41,963 nt of DNA from Octopus bimaculoides (GCF_001194135.2 NC_068983.1:57041856-57083818), one strand, 5' to 3'; positions 11,623 through 23,497 are shown, numbered from the stretch's first letter. The notes: generated from the letters alone by a model not told the origin. Numbers and translations are program-made.

Positions 11623-12110
11623 CTGAATTAAAGAAATTAATCTTTTCTACGAAATAATAACGGTTCAAATGTTTTATAGAAATGACCTCTACATTAACCA
11701 ATACACAACACTAGCATTACACCAAGCAGATGATGGAAAAGTTAATAGATATGTACTGTAGTGAAAATAATTCAAGTGACAGACTTAGTTATGCTATAGT
11801 AATCATCACATTTGCTAGATATTGTTCCATTATTTACCAGACTAATTCCGATTGCAAAACTAGAAATTCCATTAATAAATCATGATTCTTAGAGTGAAAA
11901 TTAGAAATTTTTGTGAGGATGTATGGTGATGCTAGTAAGGTTAAAATAGAATTAAATAAGCTGAGATTTACTTAAAGTATACATAATCGATAAGATGATT
12001 CGCGGAATTACTTTCGTAAATGGACTTAAGCACAAAGTTAGATAGTTTTGAAATTATCTTTCGTTCATATGAAATGTTCGCATAACAAATGGAATTTAGT
12101 AATAACTCAC

Positions 12111-12317
12111 AAGGAATTTATTAGTAAATTTAACACTAAGGATGGATGGAGTTACAGATGCAGAACAATAACTGATTCCCCGTTTTGGAATTTTCTGGAA
12201 AAAAGTACCAGTAACATTTTTGACATTTCTAGCCTTTTTAGTTAAATATTCTAATTCTTTTCTTATATTTTTTCCACCACAGTTACAGATCAGAAAACCG
12301 AAGGACATTTGCACCAT
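12111..12317 (-). CDS. Open ectodomain exon (207 nt, phase 0-0), Ig-like pattern
   Basis: CCGTCAG acceptor and CTT|GTGAGT donor. MVQMSFGFLICNCGGKNIRKELEYLTKKARNVKNVTGTFFQKIPKRGISYCSASVTPSILSVKFTNKFL. Confidence 0.6.
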
Positions 12318-13160
12318 CTGACGGATATGTACGTACACACACGCACACACACGCACACACACACACGCACACACACACGTGCGCGCACAAACTTATACAA
12401 GTATATTTATATATATACATATATATATATNNNNNNNNNNNNNNNNNNNNNNNNNNNNNNNNNNNNNNNNNNNNNNNNNNNNNNNNNNNNNNNNNNNNNN
12501 NNNNNNNNNNNNNNNNNNNNNNNNNNNNNNNNNNNNNNNNNNNNNNNNNNNNNNNNNNNNNNTGAAACCTTTTAAAAAGTTTATAGAAGTCCACATTTTC
12601 CACTTTTTCGTAAAAAATTTTTACATCAATGGAATTTTCTCGATCTGAACTTTCCAGTGAAGTAATTATATTTTTTAAATTCCGTTTACTGTGTGTGATT
12701 TAAGGGAGATTTAGCTGTCGTTTCTAGCAACTTTTATATTCCTTCCCTTCTCCCTGTATCAGCGTTCTTATAGAGAATAAGAGTAAAAGAGGGAGAGAGA
12801 GAGAGAGAGAGAGAGAGAAAGTGATACATAGATAGTCATAGATTAACTTGGTTTACCTTTAAACTCTTACTTCTTCTTCCTCTCTCTCATTTAATATTTT
12901 TCCTCTACCTCTAGCATATTTTTCATAACATAGAAACGTAAAAACACACACAATTACAAATACGTGATATGTGACAACAACATACAGATAAACACATACA
13001 CACATCAACATTATACATGTAAGATTTACTTTCTGTGTCTTTCTAATATAAAAACGCGCACGCATTGCTATTTTATAACTGTCTTCTGTTCTCCATTCCT
13101 CTCTTTCTCTCTCCATTGCTCTCGTTTTGTATTCCTTTCTCTATCTTTTCACTCTTCGTT

Positions 13161-13520
13161 CCTCTTCCTATCTCTCATTTAATAGCTTTCTTTTGTCCCT
13201 CTACCTCTAACTATACACTTGACCTGATCATCTGGGGCTTATCACCATTTCTCTGCTTCGACCATTGTCCGTGCACATCACATCGCTTTTTCCTCGCTTC
13301 ACTTTCAAATTTCCTACACACGCCAGCATCACTTACTTCCTGCTCTTCCTCTCTCTCATTTAATAGCATTCTTTTGTCCCTCTACCTCTAACTATACACG
13401 TGACCTGGTCATCTGGTGCTTATCCCTATTTTCCTGCTTCGACCATTGTCCGTGCACATCACATCGCTTTTTCCTTGCTTCACTTTCAAATTTCCTACAC
13501 ACACCAGCATCACTTACTTC
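13161..13520. repeat. Tandem duplication, 181-bp period, two units
   Basis: CAGCATCACTTACTTC at 13324 and 13505. Units about 90% identical by eye. A partial third copy lies near 12870-12910. Confidence 0.9.
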
Positions 13521-13644
13521 GTGAGGAGTCGACATATACCTACTGTTTGTATGTATCTGTTTTCTGTTGTTATACGTGTTTTGCTTTTACATTCGGTTCT
13601 TTCTTCCAAGGAATCTGGGGCTCACTCATTCATGTTTTCGTTAC

Positions 13645-13764
13645 ATTGTCTGTCTGCAGACAATAACTGCAGGTTATTTTTGAGAAGTGTTCCCCACTCG
13701 GTGGTGTTTCGGAGCAGGTCGTCATATTTGTTTCATTTTTCTCTATTATGTGCTTATGTGCATC
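13645..13764 (-). CDS. Open ectodomain exon (120 nt, phase 0-0)
   Basis: CTAAG acceptor and AAT|GTAACG donor. DAHKHIIEKNETNMTTCSETPPSGEHFSKITCSYCLQTDN, with two N-x-T sites. Confidence 0.45.
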
Positions 13765-13870
13765 CTTAGATTTTTAATGAAGTAATAGACAGTGAAGAGA
13801 AGCCGTCATAAGAAACATTTTAACTACCTCTATTACTTTCTCCCCCTCTCTCTACCTCTTCCTCTCTTGA

Positions 13871-14735
13871 TCTCTCAAATGCATTCACGTGCAAGTATAC
13901 AAATAAAACTCATGTAAAATAAAACTCATGTTCGTCAATGTTTTGTAAATATACCACGATTTTCACTAGGGTGTTAATGTTAGGGTTTTAGGGTCAGGGT
14001 TAGGGTTTAGGGTTATGGTTATGGTTAGGGTTAGGATTAGTGTTATGGTTACGGTTTTAGGGTCAGAGTTAGGGTTTAGGGTGAATGTTAGGGTTAGTGT
14101 TAGGATTAGGTTTAGGATTAGTGTTGGGTAATCGTGCAGGTGTTAATCTGAAAACTTACAGATATGTGAAAAGTACCGACCCTGCCATCTATTATAACTT
14201 TTGTTCTGTTTAATATATACATAGATTATGCCTCCAAAGAAGAGAGTTTGCCGGGAAAAGAAAGCAACCGGTGTAAAATGACAGCAGCAGACTGCAGCAA
14301 TTCACCACATTCCAGAAGTTACTTTGAACATAATTCAAAATGGTGCATCAACATCTTCTGCCCAATCTGATAGAATTCTGGCAAAACTGTGTAGAAACAG
14401 ATCGCCAGCAATTGCTTCATCACAAATTGCCGTCCTAGCTCCTGCGAAAGGGATTACCCTGCTATGTATAATCAAGGCAGCGCAAAAAGTTGTTTTGCAC
14501 ATGCATTTCTATAGCCAATTAGACGGATGAAATTTACGTACGCCTAATAATATTACGTAAAATAGCCTTCAGACTCTCCCTATTAATTTCATCGTCTTTT
14601 GAGTTATGAACTTATTTACATCATAAGGGTTTTTTTCGTTGTAAGGCTTTCTTTTTTAGTTGATTTTCACCTAGCAAGACTTATCGTAGATGGCGTAATA
14701 AGTCACACCCGGACAAGGTCGGGTTATACTGCTAG
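13871..14735 (+). mobile_element. Helitron-like non-autonomous element
   Basis: 3' hairpin ACCCG-GACAAGGT-CGGGT (14707-14724), CTAG ending 11 nt later (14732-14735), followed by T. Possible A|TC 5' end at 13871 (uncertain). Confidence 0.6.
13969..14128 (+). repeat. Degenerate telomere-like (TTAGGG)n array
   Basis: About 25 variant hexamer/heptamer units (TTAGGG, TTTAGGG, TCAGGG, TTATGG, TTAGGA, TTAGTG). Confidence 0.9.
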
Positions 14736-14742
14736 TATACAT

Positions 14743-14799
<57 letters not shown>

Positions 14800-15485
14800 T
14801 ATATATATATATATATGTCTGTGTATGTATGTACATGCATATATGTATGTATGTATGTCATATTGTCTCAATTAGTTGATTCCTACTCTGGAGGTGCCTT
14901 GGAGACAGACTGGTTCATCAAATAACTCCATAATCTGATTGAAAACTAAGCAACAAGGCAGTTTCGTGAATCGGCATTTATGTGATGGTGGAAAGGAAAA
15001 CCTATCAGATGTTGCTTAATAATCAAATGGAAAAAAACGTGGTCAAAGTCGATACTGGGTCGGTTTTTAGATATTTGTTCTGGCAAATGACTATCTCCTG
15101 ACTACGAGCAGTCCTACCCATTTCATGGGGGAGAAAGGGCTAATGATGTGAAAAGGTTTTAATCCTCAGATGCATCTCAGCTTCAAACACTGTTTTCTCG
15201 AAAAGTCCTATATACTGCGTCACATCTGCTTATCCAAGAAAAGTGGCATATCTCGGCATATCTCTTTTTACTACTTTATTGCGATTGAAAAACTTAACGG
15301 TTTGTTGTCTATGAATTTATAGATAACCTTAATTGTGTTCTTATTAAAGACTTTGTTGCATATCTGAGAAGTGGGAGTGTACGAACTTATCAAAGCTATG
15401 GCACATTTACTCATGTTTTACGTCAGCTTGGAAATATATGGTGGATTAAGTCATGTGATATTTCATATTTCTATATCTGTTTTAC

Positions 15486-15618
15486 TCTGTCGGTTTCCAT
15501 ATACTTTATTGTGTTATTAGTATTATTTTCTTTCACACTCTCTTTGACTAGTGGAAGGAAACATAATAAACTATGTCCTTCACTGAAGATAAACTTGAGA
15601 TTAGTCCATCTATATAGT
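15486..15618 (-). CDS. Open ectodomain exon (133 nt, phase 2-0)
   Basis: ATATATTTCAG acceptor and AGA|GTAAAA donor. LYRWTNLKFIFSEGHSLLCFLPLVKESVKENNTNNTIKYMETDR. Confidence 0.5.
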
Positions 15619-16384
15619 CTGAAATATATTTTTTATGGTATAAAATTAATTATAGCATATGTACATAGGCTGCAACTGATAAAATGCAAGTCATTTTCTC
15701 ATTACATCGTTTCTCATAAACGAAAGATGAATTTCCTAACTATATCTTAAAACACTTTATCTAAGAACATCCACAAAGTTAATTTCACCAACCATTATAT
15801 TAGTTATGTAGATTAAGTAAATTCCAATATGTGTAACAATATTCTAACTATAATAACATCATCATATTTTGTCAGTAAGCAATTTTATTTCACTATAGGG
15901 ATCATGTTTTATTTATGTAATTTCTGTTTTATTCGTAATCGATAAAGCAGCACTGATAAAGTATGGAACTAGGTGTATCAATGGTTACAAAAAAATTACT
16001 TTCAGTTATTCATCTCTTGTAATACTAGGTTTGTTGGCTGATAATACTTAAGTTATTTATAAATAATTTAATCATTAGCTTCCAGTTATTTCTATAAAAT
16101 AAATTAGTATTGAATTATTAACTTTTCATGGAACACTTTTATATATTCAATTTAAGTCAAAACAATCATAAATATAATCCTTTCTGCTATCGACACAAGG
16201 TCTATCATAAATATAATCATAACTATAATAACATTGTTAACAAAGAACAATGATATTGTTTAAAAGAAGTAGAACAATAACATTGATAAAAAAAAGTAGA
16301 AATTACAAGCTCAAAAAAATCTTAGCAGCTAATAAAAACTTAAGAGAAGATTACCTTTATTCAAGCTGTCTAATGAAAGTTGCT

Positions 16385-16465
16385 TTACACACACATACAC
16401 ACATACATATGATAGATTGATAGATAGAAAGATAGATAGAAATCCACCCATTCATCCATCCATCC

Positions 16466-16529
<64 letters not shown>

Positions 16530-16704
16530 GTCTCTCTGTCTATCTATCTATCTGTCTGTCTCTCTGACAATCTCTGTGTCTGTATTTATGTATGTTTCTC
16601 TATCTATTTGTCTGTTTGTCTTTCTATCTATCTGTCTATTTGTCTCTCCGTCTGACACTCTGTTTGTATGTCTGTCTTTCTGTCTGTCTATCTATCTATC
16701 TATC

Positions 16705-16746
<42 letters not shown>

Positions 16747-16752
16747 TTATGT

Positions 16753-16806
<54 letters not shown>
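16385..16806. repeat. Compound microsatellite (GATA/CCAT/ATCT/GTCT/TG)
   Basis: Visible directly. Confidence 0.95.
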
Positions 16807-16808
<2 letters not shown>

Positions 16809-16971
16809 TAACATAATATAACAAAGTGTTCCTCTGAAGAACTGTTGTGAATCTGCATCCAAATGCTTTATGACTATCCACTGCAGAAGTTGCAAATAGA
16901 CACAATGGAGGAAAAATTCATAGAGAACTGATTGTATAAATTAAATCGTGTTTTTTTTTTTTTCTGAGATA

Positions 16972-17185
16972 TAAGGCGGCGAGCTGTTAGAATCATTAGC
17001 ACGCCGGATGAAATGCTCCGCGGTATTTCGTCCGTCGGTACGTTCTGAGTTCAAATTTTGTCGCGGTCGACTTTGCCTTTCGTCCTTTCAAGGTCGATAA
17101 ATTAAGTACTAGTTACGTACTCGGGTCGATGTAATCGACTGTCTTTCTCTCCCAAATGTGAGGCCTTGTGCCTATAGTAGAAGGG
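16972..17185 (+). mobile_element. SINE family A monomer (tail type 2)
   Basis: TAAGGCGGCGAGCTG head, GAGTTCAAATT B-box-like motif, GTCGACTTTGCCTTT core, GGCCTTGTGCCTATAGTAGAA tail. Confidence 0.85.
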
Positions 17186-17371
17186 GTTCTATTTGTGATA
17201 TATGTGTGTATGTGAGTATGTGTGTGTGTGTGTGAGTGTGTGTGCGTGTGTGTGTATCTGTCTGTCTGTGTTTTTGTGTGTCTATGCCTGTATGTGCGTG
17301 CTAATGTGTATGCTTGTGTGTGACTGTGTGTGAGAATGAATATATATGCTTGTATACATGTATATTATTGA

Positions 17372-17895
17372 GCGAGAGAGCAGTGCATGCCCTCAAAGTG
17401 ACACTGGGGTAAAGTATACGACGCCCAATATACCCAACATGACTACCCGTCTGATAAGGGTACACCAGACACCTGCATCACAACCATATGTGCACAACAT
17501 GGTGATCTCATTTCAAGATAAACAGCACATGACCTTGCAGGTGGACCTAGTTAGAATCTTCCGCAGATTGAGTAGCCCATTCTGCTCAAAAGGTCCCTGA
17601 ATAAGGTTTGTTTAAAGATGATGAACGAAACATCTATGTTTCCAGAGGTGAGTTATTCAAAGCCCAAAGAATTCCCCTCAAGATATGGCTATGATGCTCC
17701 CCAAATATTTCTGCTTGGGATCAGAGATGCACATATTTTCAGCTACCAAGGGACATGCCCAAGTGGTTATGGTCAAACAACTGACAAGCAAATCTGTGGA
17801 ACTGAGCAGAATATTTGTAGCCCATCTTTTATACCAAGATAAAAACAATGTACATGATAACACATCCAGTTAGTTAAGATCAGAAGTCATGAGAG
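17372..17895. mobile_element. Interspersed repeat family B, copy 1 (about 520 bp)
   Basis: Colinear with 23600-24117 (GAGAGCAG..CATGCC.TCAAAGTGACACTGGGG ... CAAACAACTGACAAGCAAATCTGTGG). Class not determined. Confidence 0.75.
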
Positions 17896-17909
17896 CCACT
17901 GCCTGGGCA

Positions 17910-18180
17910 TGTATGTATGTGTGTATGTATGTATGTGACGTATGTATGTATGTAATGTATGTATGTGATGTATGCATGTATGTATTATGTATGTATGTAT
18001 GTATGTATGCATGCATGTATGTCTTATGTATGTATGTATGTATGTATGTGTTGTATGTATGTATGTATGTATGCATGCATGTATGTCTTATGTATGTATG
18101 TATGTATGTATGTATGTGACGTATGTATGTATATATGTATGCATGCATGCATGTATGTATGTATGTATGTATGTATATTT
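17910..18180. repeat. (ATGT)n microsatellite with higher-order variants
   Basis: Visible directly. Confidence 0.95.
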
Positions 18181-18484
18181 GTATGAAAATTACAAGAAAA
18201 TATCCGAATTCATTACTTTCATCAATTTGATAAAATTACCTCAGAAACCACTCAAAGTAATATCTATGACATTAAAGCAAGCTGCGCATGTGCAATGACA
18301 GACACACACATCTACGAAATGTAGGGATTCCCAACACAGTGAAGCGGAAATGATGGGGGAGGCTTTAGATCTTGGATCTTGTAAAACCTGCAAATTTTTC
18401 TCTTCTCTTGATTTGGTTCGAAAGCGGTAAAGAGACAAAATATAATGACTAGCAGGAGATCAAAGGCCACATATATGGTAACCT

Positions 18485-18533
18485 CTCTCTTACCCCCTCT
18501 CTACCCCTCTCTCTCTATCTCTCTCTCTCTCTA

Positions 18534-18596
<63 letters not shown>

Positions 18597-18735
18597 CCAT
18601 CCATCCATCCATCCATCTATCTATCTATCTATCTATCTATCTACCTATCTATCTATATGTCTGTCTGTTTGTCTGTCTGTCTATGCTGTATGTCTATTTA
18701 TGTATGTATATATATCTATCTATTTGTCTGCCTGC

Positions 18736-18784
<49 letters not shown>

Positions 18785-18785
18785 G
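18485..18785. repeat. Compound (CT)n/(TA)n/(ATCT)n microsatellite
   Basis: Visible directly. Confidence 0.95.
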
Positions 18786-19187
18786 ACGCTCTCTTCTGTC
18801 TGTCTACCGATCTCCATTTATATCTACTTCCATATCCATAAACCTTTTCCTTATCCTTCATCTCTTTCGTTCATGAACCTTTTAACCTCTGATATCCCTA
18901 AATCACTCCCGAAAATTAACCCTCCTCTTACCTCCTTCTACGCTACTGCTTTCTACTTTTTTAAATCTTATTTTATTGTAATTTATTTCATCTCCTCCTC
19001 CACTTTTACCTTCGAAACCTCTTCTATTAATGGCGTTATCCTGTTATCTTTCTAGTCTTGTAATGATGCATCAAGAGATTACATTCATCAGACGAATTCC
19101 ACTGGATAAACAAAACACAGAAACGTCAGTTAATACTGAAATATGCATCGATTTACATTGTTTTTAGTGTTTCTAAGTCAGAATTAC

Positions 19188-19217
19188 CTTGTACCATTCC
19201 AAGGTACCATCATACAA
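19188..19217 (-). CDS. 30-nt exon (phase 2-2: CMMVPWNGT)
   Basis: ATTAACGTATCTAG acceptor and AAG|GTAATT donor, flanked by 78- and 86-nt introns. Frame 0 (LYDGTLEWYK) is also open. Confidence 0.5.
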
Positions 19218-19295
19218 CTAGATACGTTAATCTTCTGTTTTTGTCGTGGACACGAATTCACACATCAAGAAGGAAATGAACTGACAACTACTCAC

Positions 19296-19453
19296 TTAGT
19301 ATTCCTGTATTTAGGTTGATATTCCCAGTTGTTATTCTTTATTACTTGGCAGCCATTTAAATCATTGCGCAAGTTTGTCGTATTTTTGTAACAAAGACTG
19401 ATAGCAATCTTAAGATATTCAGAGATATTCTGCTTTCTGTCCTCAATTACAAT
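19296..19453 (-). CDS. Open ectodomain exon (158 nt, phase 0-2)
   Basis: ATTCTAG acceptor and TAA|GTGAGT donor. IVIEDRKQNISEYLKIAISLCYKNTTNLRNDLNGCQVIKNNNWEYQPKYRNT. Confidence 0.65.
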
Positions 19454-20703
19454 CTAGAATTATGAATTTCTGTGTGACTAAGTGAATACATCGGGCGAGG
19501 TATTCAAGGGAGTATGAGTGAAAAAAAATTAACAGACAGTTGAATCTTGCAGCTATTTTCATAAATTTCCATCTCTATGAAGCAGCAATGGAATAAGTTG
19601 TGGCGATATGACAGCAGGAGAATTAAAGTTTGAGTTTAGCCGAAGTGAACAAATAGACTGGATTATTATCTATACATAATTCTTATTATCATATTGGCGT
19701 TGGCAAAAAAATGTTGATTTGGTCGTGATGGCAGTGGTGGAAACAGCTCTCGAAGAACCTTATCTTTAGCTCACAATTATCACAAGAAAAAATATGCATG
19801 AAAGAAAAGAAAATATTTAGCAAAGACAGAGATGATATGTTCATGTCAGAGCTTTAGTTCGTTGTGAGATGAAGGTTAATGGATGAAAGCTAATGACTGT
19901 AATGTCAGTTTTTTTTCCTTCATTGTCCAAAAACAAAAACAAAAACACACTATAATAGATTGAATAATAAAATGCTTAAAACACAGAGAAAATGACACAT
20001 CGATGAAGGTATAGTATATATCATAAATGTTATCACATAAGCAACAGGGATGCAGAGGGTATTTAGAAAAGAAAATGTTAAAAGTCACAGGAAAATAAAT
20101 AACAGGTTATAAAAGTAAAGATTTTAAGGTCACATAATTGATTATATTTAAATAAATTATGTATCATGGCTTCAGTCCTTTATCAAAATATCACTTTACA
20201 AAAGAAGACAGGCGTTGTTATCAGTAAAATGAAGTCTACATTTCAGAAAATTTTTTTTTTTTTTTTTTTTTCGTTTTTTGCATGACAGTTGTCTAATAAT
20301 ATTAGAATATATTGATAAAACTAACAAAAAAGAAATAATAATAATAAACACAATCTTCGAATTCTATCTTATTTATTCCTAATAGAGACACAAAAGATGA
20401 AAAAAATAACATTATCTATGGTAAACTGTCATATCAAAGTAAACTGTTTTACCGTCTGCGCTTCTTGCTCCTGACAGGAGACAAATTATTCCTGCCATTT
20501 CTATGCAACATAACTTCAACAAGCAGTTTACATTCTTCACATTTCAGAAAGTTATATCACACTTCTACTCATGCCTTTTCGCTATTCAATTATCTTTTTT
20601 TAGATAAAATGTAGGATAATATAAATGTTTAACGTGCTAGAAAATCAGCTAAGTTTTCTCAGAGCACACGTTGCTCTTTATGAAAAAAGAAGGACATACT
20701 TAC

Positions 20704-20808
20704 GAAAATGCAGTCGTAGATATGCCAAAAGATGGGAAAACCAGGGATAAAATGCCTTTCAATATGGATTAGAGTAACTTTGTAGCGGTGGCAATGTTGG
20801 TGAGTGGA
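20704..20808 (-). CDS. Candidate exon (105 nt, phase 0-0)
   Basis: TGCTTTTTCAAG acceptor and TTC|GTAAGT donor. STHQHCHRYKVTLIHIERHFIPGFPIFWHIYDCIF. A shorter alternative acceptor is possible. Confidence 0.4.
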
Positions 20809-20825
20809 CTTGAAAAAGCAGCAAT

Positions 20826-21180
20826 AGCTCTTTTATTCTTTTACTTGTTTCAGTCATTTGACTGCGACCATGCTGGAGCACCGCCTTTAGTCGAGAAAAT
20901 CGATAGATAAATAAATATATAGATAGATAGATAGATGTGTATATATATATATATATATCCATATGTATATGCGTGCACTCAGACACACACACACATACAC
21001 GCGCATATATATATGTGTGTATGTTGTGTTTCCTTTTCCGTCTACCAAATCCACTTACAAGGCTTTGGTCATCCCGAGGCTATAGTAGAAGACGCTTGCC
21101 CAAGGTGCCACGCAGTGGGACTGAACCCGAAGCCATGTGGTTGGGAAGTAATTTTCCTACCACACAGCCACGCTTGCCCC
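20826..21180 (-). mobile_element. tRNA-headed SINE with CORE-like segment (family C), interrupted by microsatellite
   Basis: Reverse complement: GCGTGGCTGTGTGG...GGGTTCAGTCCC head, GGCACCTTGGGCAAGCGTCTT core, GGTGCTCCAGCATGGTCGCAGTCAAATGACTGAAACAAGTAAAAG tail. Confidence 0.8.
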
Positions 21181-21472
21181 TCCGCACAGCCACCATGCGA
21201 ATTATCGCCTTGATTATCGCTTTTCACAATGCAAATGACGATTGCTTTTTATCGGTGAGTAGATATCAGTACACCTCAGCAAACAGGTTTGTTCGTTAAA
21301 GTTACAAACGAGGGCTCTTCTTAGGTTCATTAGTCCAAAGTATCTCTACTTGACGAGACACAATGATTTCGAAATCAGCAATTAGCATATTCCCAAGCGT
21401 TCATTGCTCCTATGAATCGTGTATTTTATGAACATGTTATGAACATGCACTTGTTCTAAAGAAGTTATTCAC

Positions 21473-21550
21473 CAGTAACAAAATACAGCAGCGATTAGCA
21501 TGTTTTCGTTCGTAACTACCAAAACGCATAAAAAATAAATGTGGAAGTTA
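21473..21550 (-). CDS. Candidate exon (78 nt, phase 2-2)
   Basis: AATTTCTTATGTGTTGCAG acceptor and CTG|GTGAAT donor. NFHIYFLCVLVVTNENMLIAAVFCY. Not integrated into a consistent chain. Confidence 0.25.
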
Positions 21551-21654
21551 CTGCAACACATAAGAAATTCTTTAAAAACAGTTTTTGTTTTAAAAGGTAA
21601 AATATTCACATGAAAGTGAATGTTGCGTTGGAACACACGAATACTCTGCTGTGT

Positions 21655-22072
21655 TCTACTCTAGGCACAAGGCCCGAAATTTTGGGGGAGGGGCAAGTCG
21701 ATTACATTGAACCCAGTATGCAACTGGTGCTTAATTTATCGACCCCGAAAGGATGAAAGGCAAAGTCAACCTCGGCGGAATTTGAACTCAGACAGACAAA
21801 ATACCACTAAGCATTTCGCCTGGCGTGCTAACGTTTCTTATTTCTTTACTGCCCACAAGGGGGCTAAACATGGAGGGGACAAACAAGGACAGACAAATGG
21901 ATTATGTTGATTATATTGACCCCAGTGCGTAACTAGTACTGATTTAATCCACGCTGAAAGGATGAAAGCTAAAGTCGACTTCGGTAGAATTTGAACTCAG
22001 AACGTAGCGGCAGACGAAATACCGATAAGCATTTCGTTCGATGTGCTAACGTTTCTGCCAGCTCGCCGCCTT
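21655..22072 (-). mobile_element. SINE family A dimer
   Basis: Two cores in tandem, with junction (reverse complement) GTAAAGAAATAAGAAACGTTAGCAC. Confidence 0.85.
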
Positions 22073-22099
22073 AGAACACGCAAGTACTGCGATATTTAC

Positions 22100-22298
22100 C
22101 AATGGGTTTCATTTTCTACATAAAAGTGGCAGACAATCACCGCTACTTCTGTTACAAGGACAACCAGACGACATAATTATGGCCTCTTTGGGCCTTGTCA
22201 ATGGTAGATATCTGGCCGCTGGAAACAGCAGTTTTTGTTTTGTTATTTTTCTCTTCAGTATTACGCATTCATATCCACGCAAAGTATTCGACTTGAAA
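22100..22298 (-). CDS. Candidate ectodomain exon, frame ambiguous
   Basis: CTTGCTTCACAG acceptor and TTG|GTAAAT donor. Phase 2 is open for 61 codons before a TGA. Phase 0 gives FN3-like FQVEYFAWI*...SGQISTIDKAQRGHNYVVWLS. Confidence 0.35.
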
Positions 22299-22644
22299 CT
22301 GTGAAGCAAGTCCTCATTTGTTTCTGTTCGTGCTAATGAGCTTTCTCCNNNNNNNNNNNNNNNNNNNNNNNNNNNNNNNNNNNNNNNNNNNNNNNNNNNN
22401 NNNNNNNNNNNNNNNNNNNNNNNNNNNNNNNNNNNNNNNNNNNNNNNNNNNNNNNNNNNNNNTCTTTATTAAATTAGACTCTAAAATTTATTTCGTTATT
22501 CGACATCACCTTCTGTTGATTGAGTTGGTGCAACTATGAGACTAGAATTTATAATTATTACGATTCCTCCTTATCCGCTCCTCCTCCCCCCCTTTTTGTT
22601 CTTCGACTTCTATCTCCTCTTCTTCTTCATCTCCTTCTTCTCCT

Positions 22645-22652
22645 TCAACTTT

Positions 22653-22711
<59 letters not shown>

Positions 22712-22821
22712 TGACCCTTCTGACTATTCCTATATTCTTCTTTTTCATCTTTCTTCTTCTTTCCTTCTTTTTCTTCTTCTTTTTCATCTTTCTTCTTTCC
22801 TTCTTCTTTTTCTTCTTCTTC

Positions 22822-22853
<32 letters not shown>

Positions 22854-22866
22854 CTTCTTCTTCTTC

Positions 22867-22926
<60 letters not shown>

Positions 22927-22995
22927 TTATTATTATTATTATTATTATTCTTAGTAGTAGTAGTAGTAGTAGTAGTAATAGTAGTAGGAGTAGTA
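22645..22995. repeat. Compound trinucleotide microsatellite (CTA)n-(CTT)n-(ATT)n-(AGT)n
   Basis: Visible directly. Confidence 0.95.
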
Positions 22996-23215
22996 AGACC
23001 GCGGGGCTGGTCGCATCGTTACCGCATCGGAGAAAATGGTTTGTAGCATTTCTTCCAGTTTTAATTTCTAGGTTCGAATCCCACCGAGGTCGAGTTTGCT
23101 TTCATCCTTTCTGGACCGATGACATGATTATTAGTCGAGCTCTGGAGCTGATGTAATCGACTATCCCCATATCCAAAATTTCAGGCTTTGTGTCTATACA
23201 ATAAGAAATTATGAT
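22995..23215 (+). mobile_element. Diverged SINE, family A-related
   Basis: GGTTCGAATCCCACCGAGGTCGAGTTTGCTTTTCATCCTTTC core and AAAATTTCAGGCTTTGTGTCTA tail. Confidence 0.7.
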
Positions 23216-23490
23216 TATTATCATTATTATTATTGATTTGACTCAGGTTTCGTCTTCTTGCTGGTAGGATTTATGTGGGTAGCGGTCTACTACATGTAAC
23301 CTTATGCAGCCACAATCTTTCAATAGTCTTTCAAATGCTTAGAACCCTCCTGATGATCTCTCTTGTCCTTAAGGGGTAAACTTGTAGAAACTTTACAGGA
23401 CATTCTATTCCAGTCTCCTTCAACAATTTGTCTATATATTTCTTTAAAGCTCCCAATGTACCAATTATTATAGGCACCCGCTTTACTATT
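23215..23490 (-). mobile_element. 3' end of an RLE-type non-LTR retrotransposon (second subfamily)
   Basis: VKRVPIIIGTLGALKKYIDKLLKETGIECPVKFLQVYPLRTREIIRRVLSI*, then 3' UTR and (AAT)n tail. Confidence 0.8.
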
Positions 23491-23497
23491 ATTATTA

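Noticed and set aside
12283-12328. Plus-strand 46-nt exon with good splice signals
   Set aside because: Overlaps a 69-codon open minus-strand exon whose purine-rich codons create the apparent polypyrimidine tract.
13969-14128. True telomere or chromosome-fusion scar
   Set aside because: Short, highly degenerate, single orientation, and embedded in a probable mobile element.
20450-20637. Minus-strand exon after a good acceptor at 20638
   Set aside because: Stops in all three frames soon after the acceptor. Could be a decayed exon but cannot be supported.
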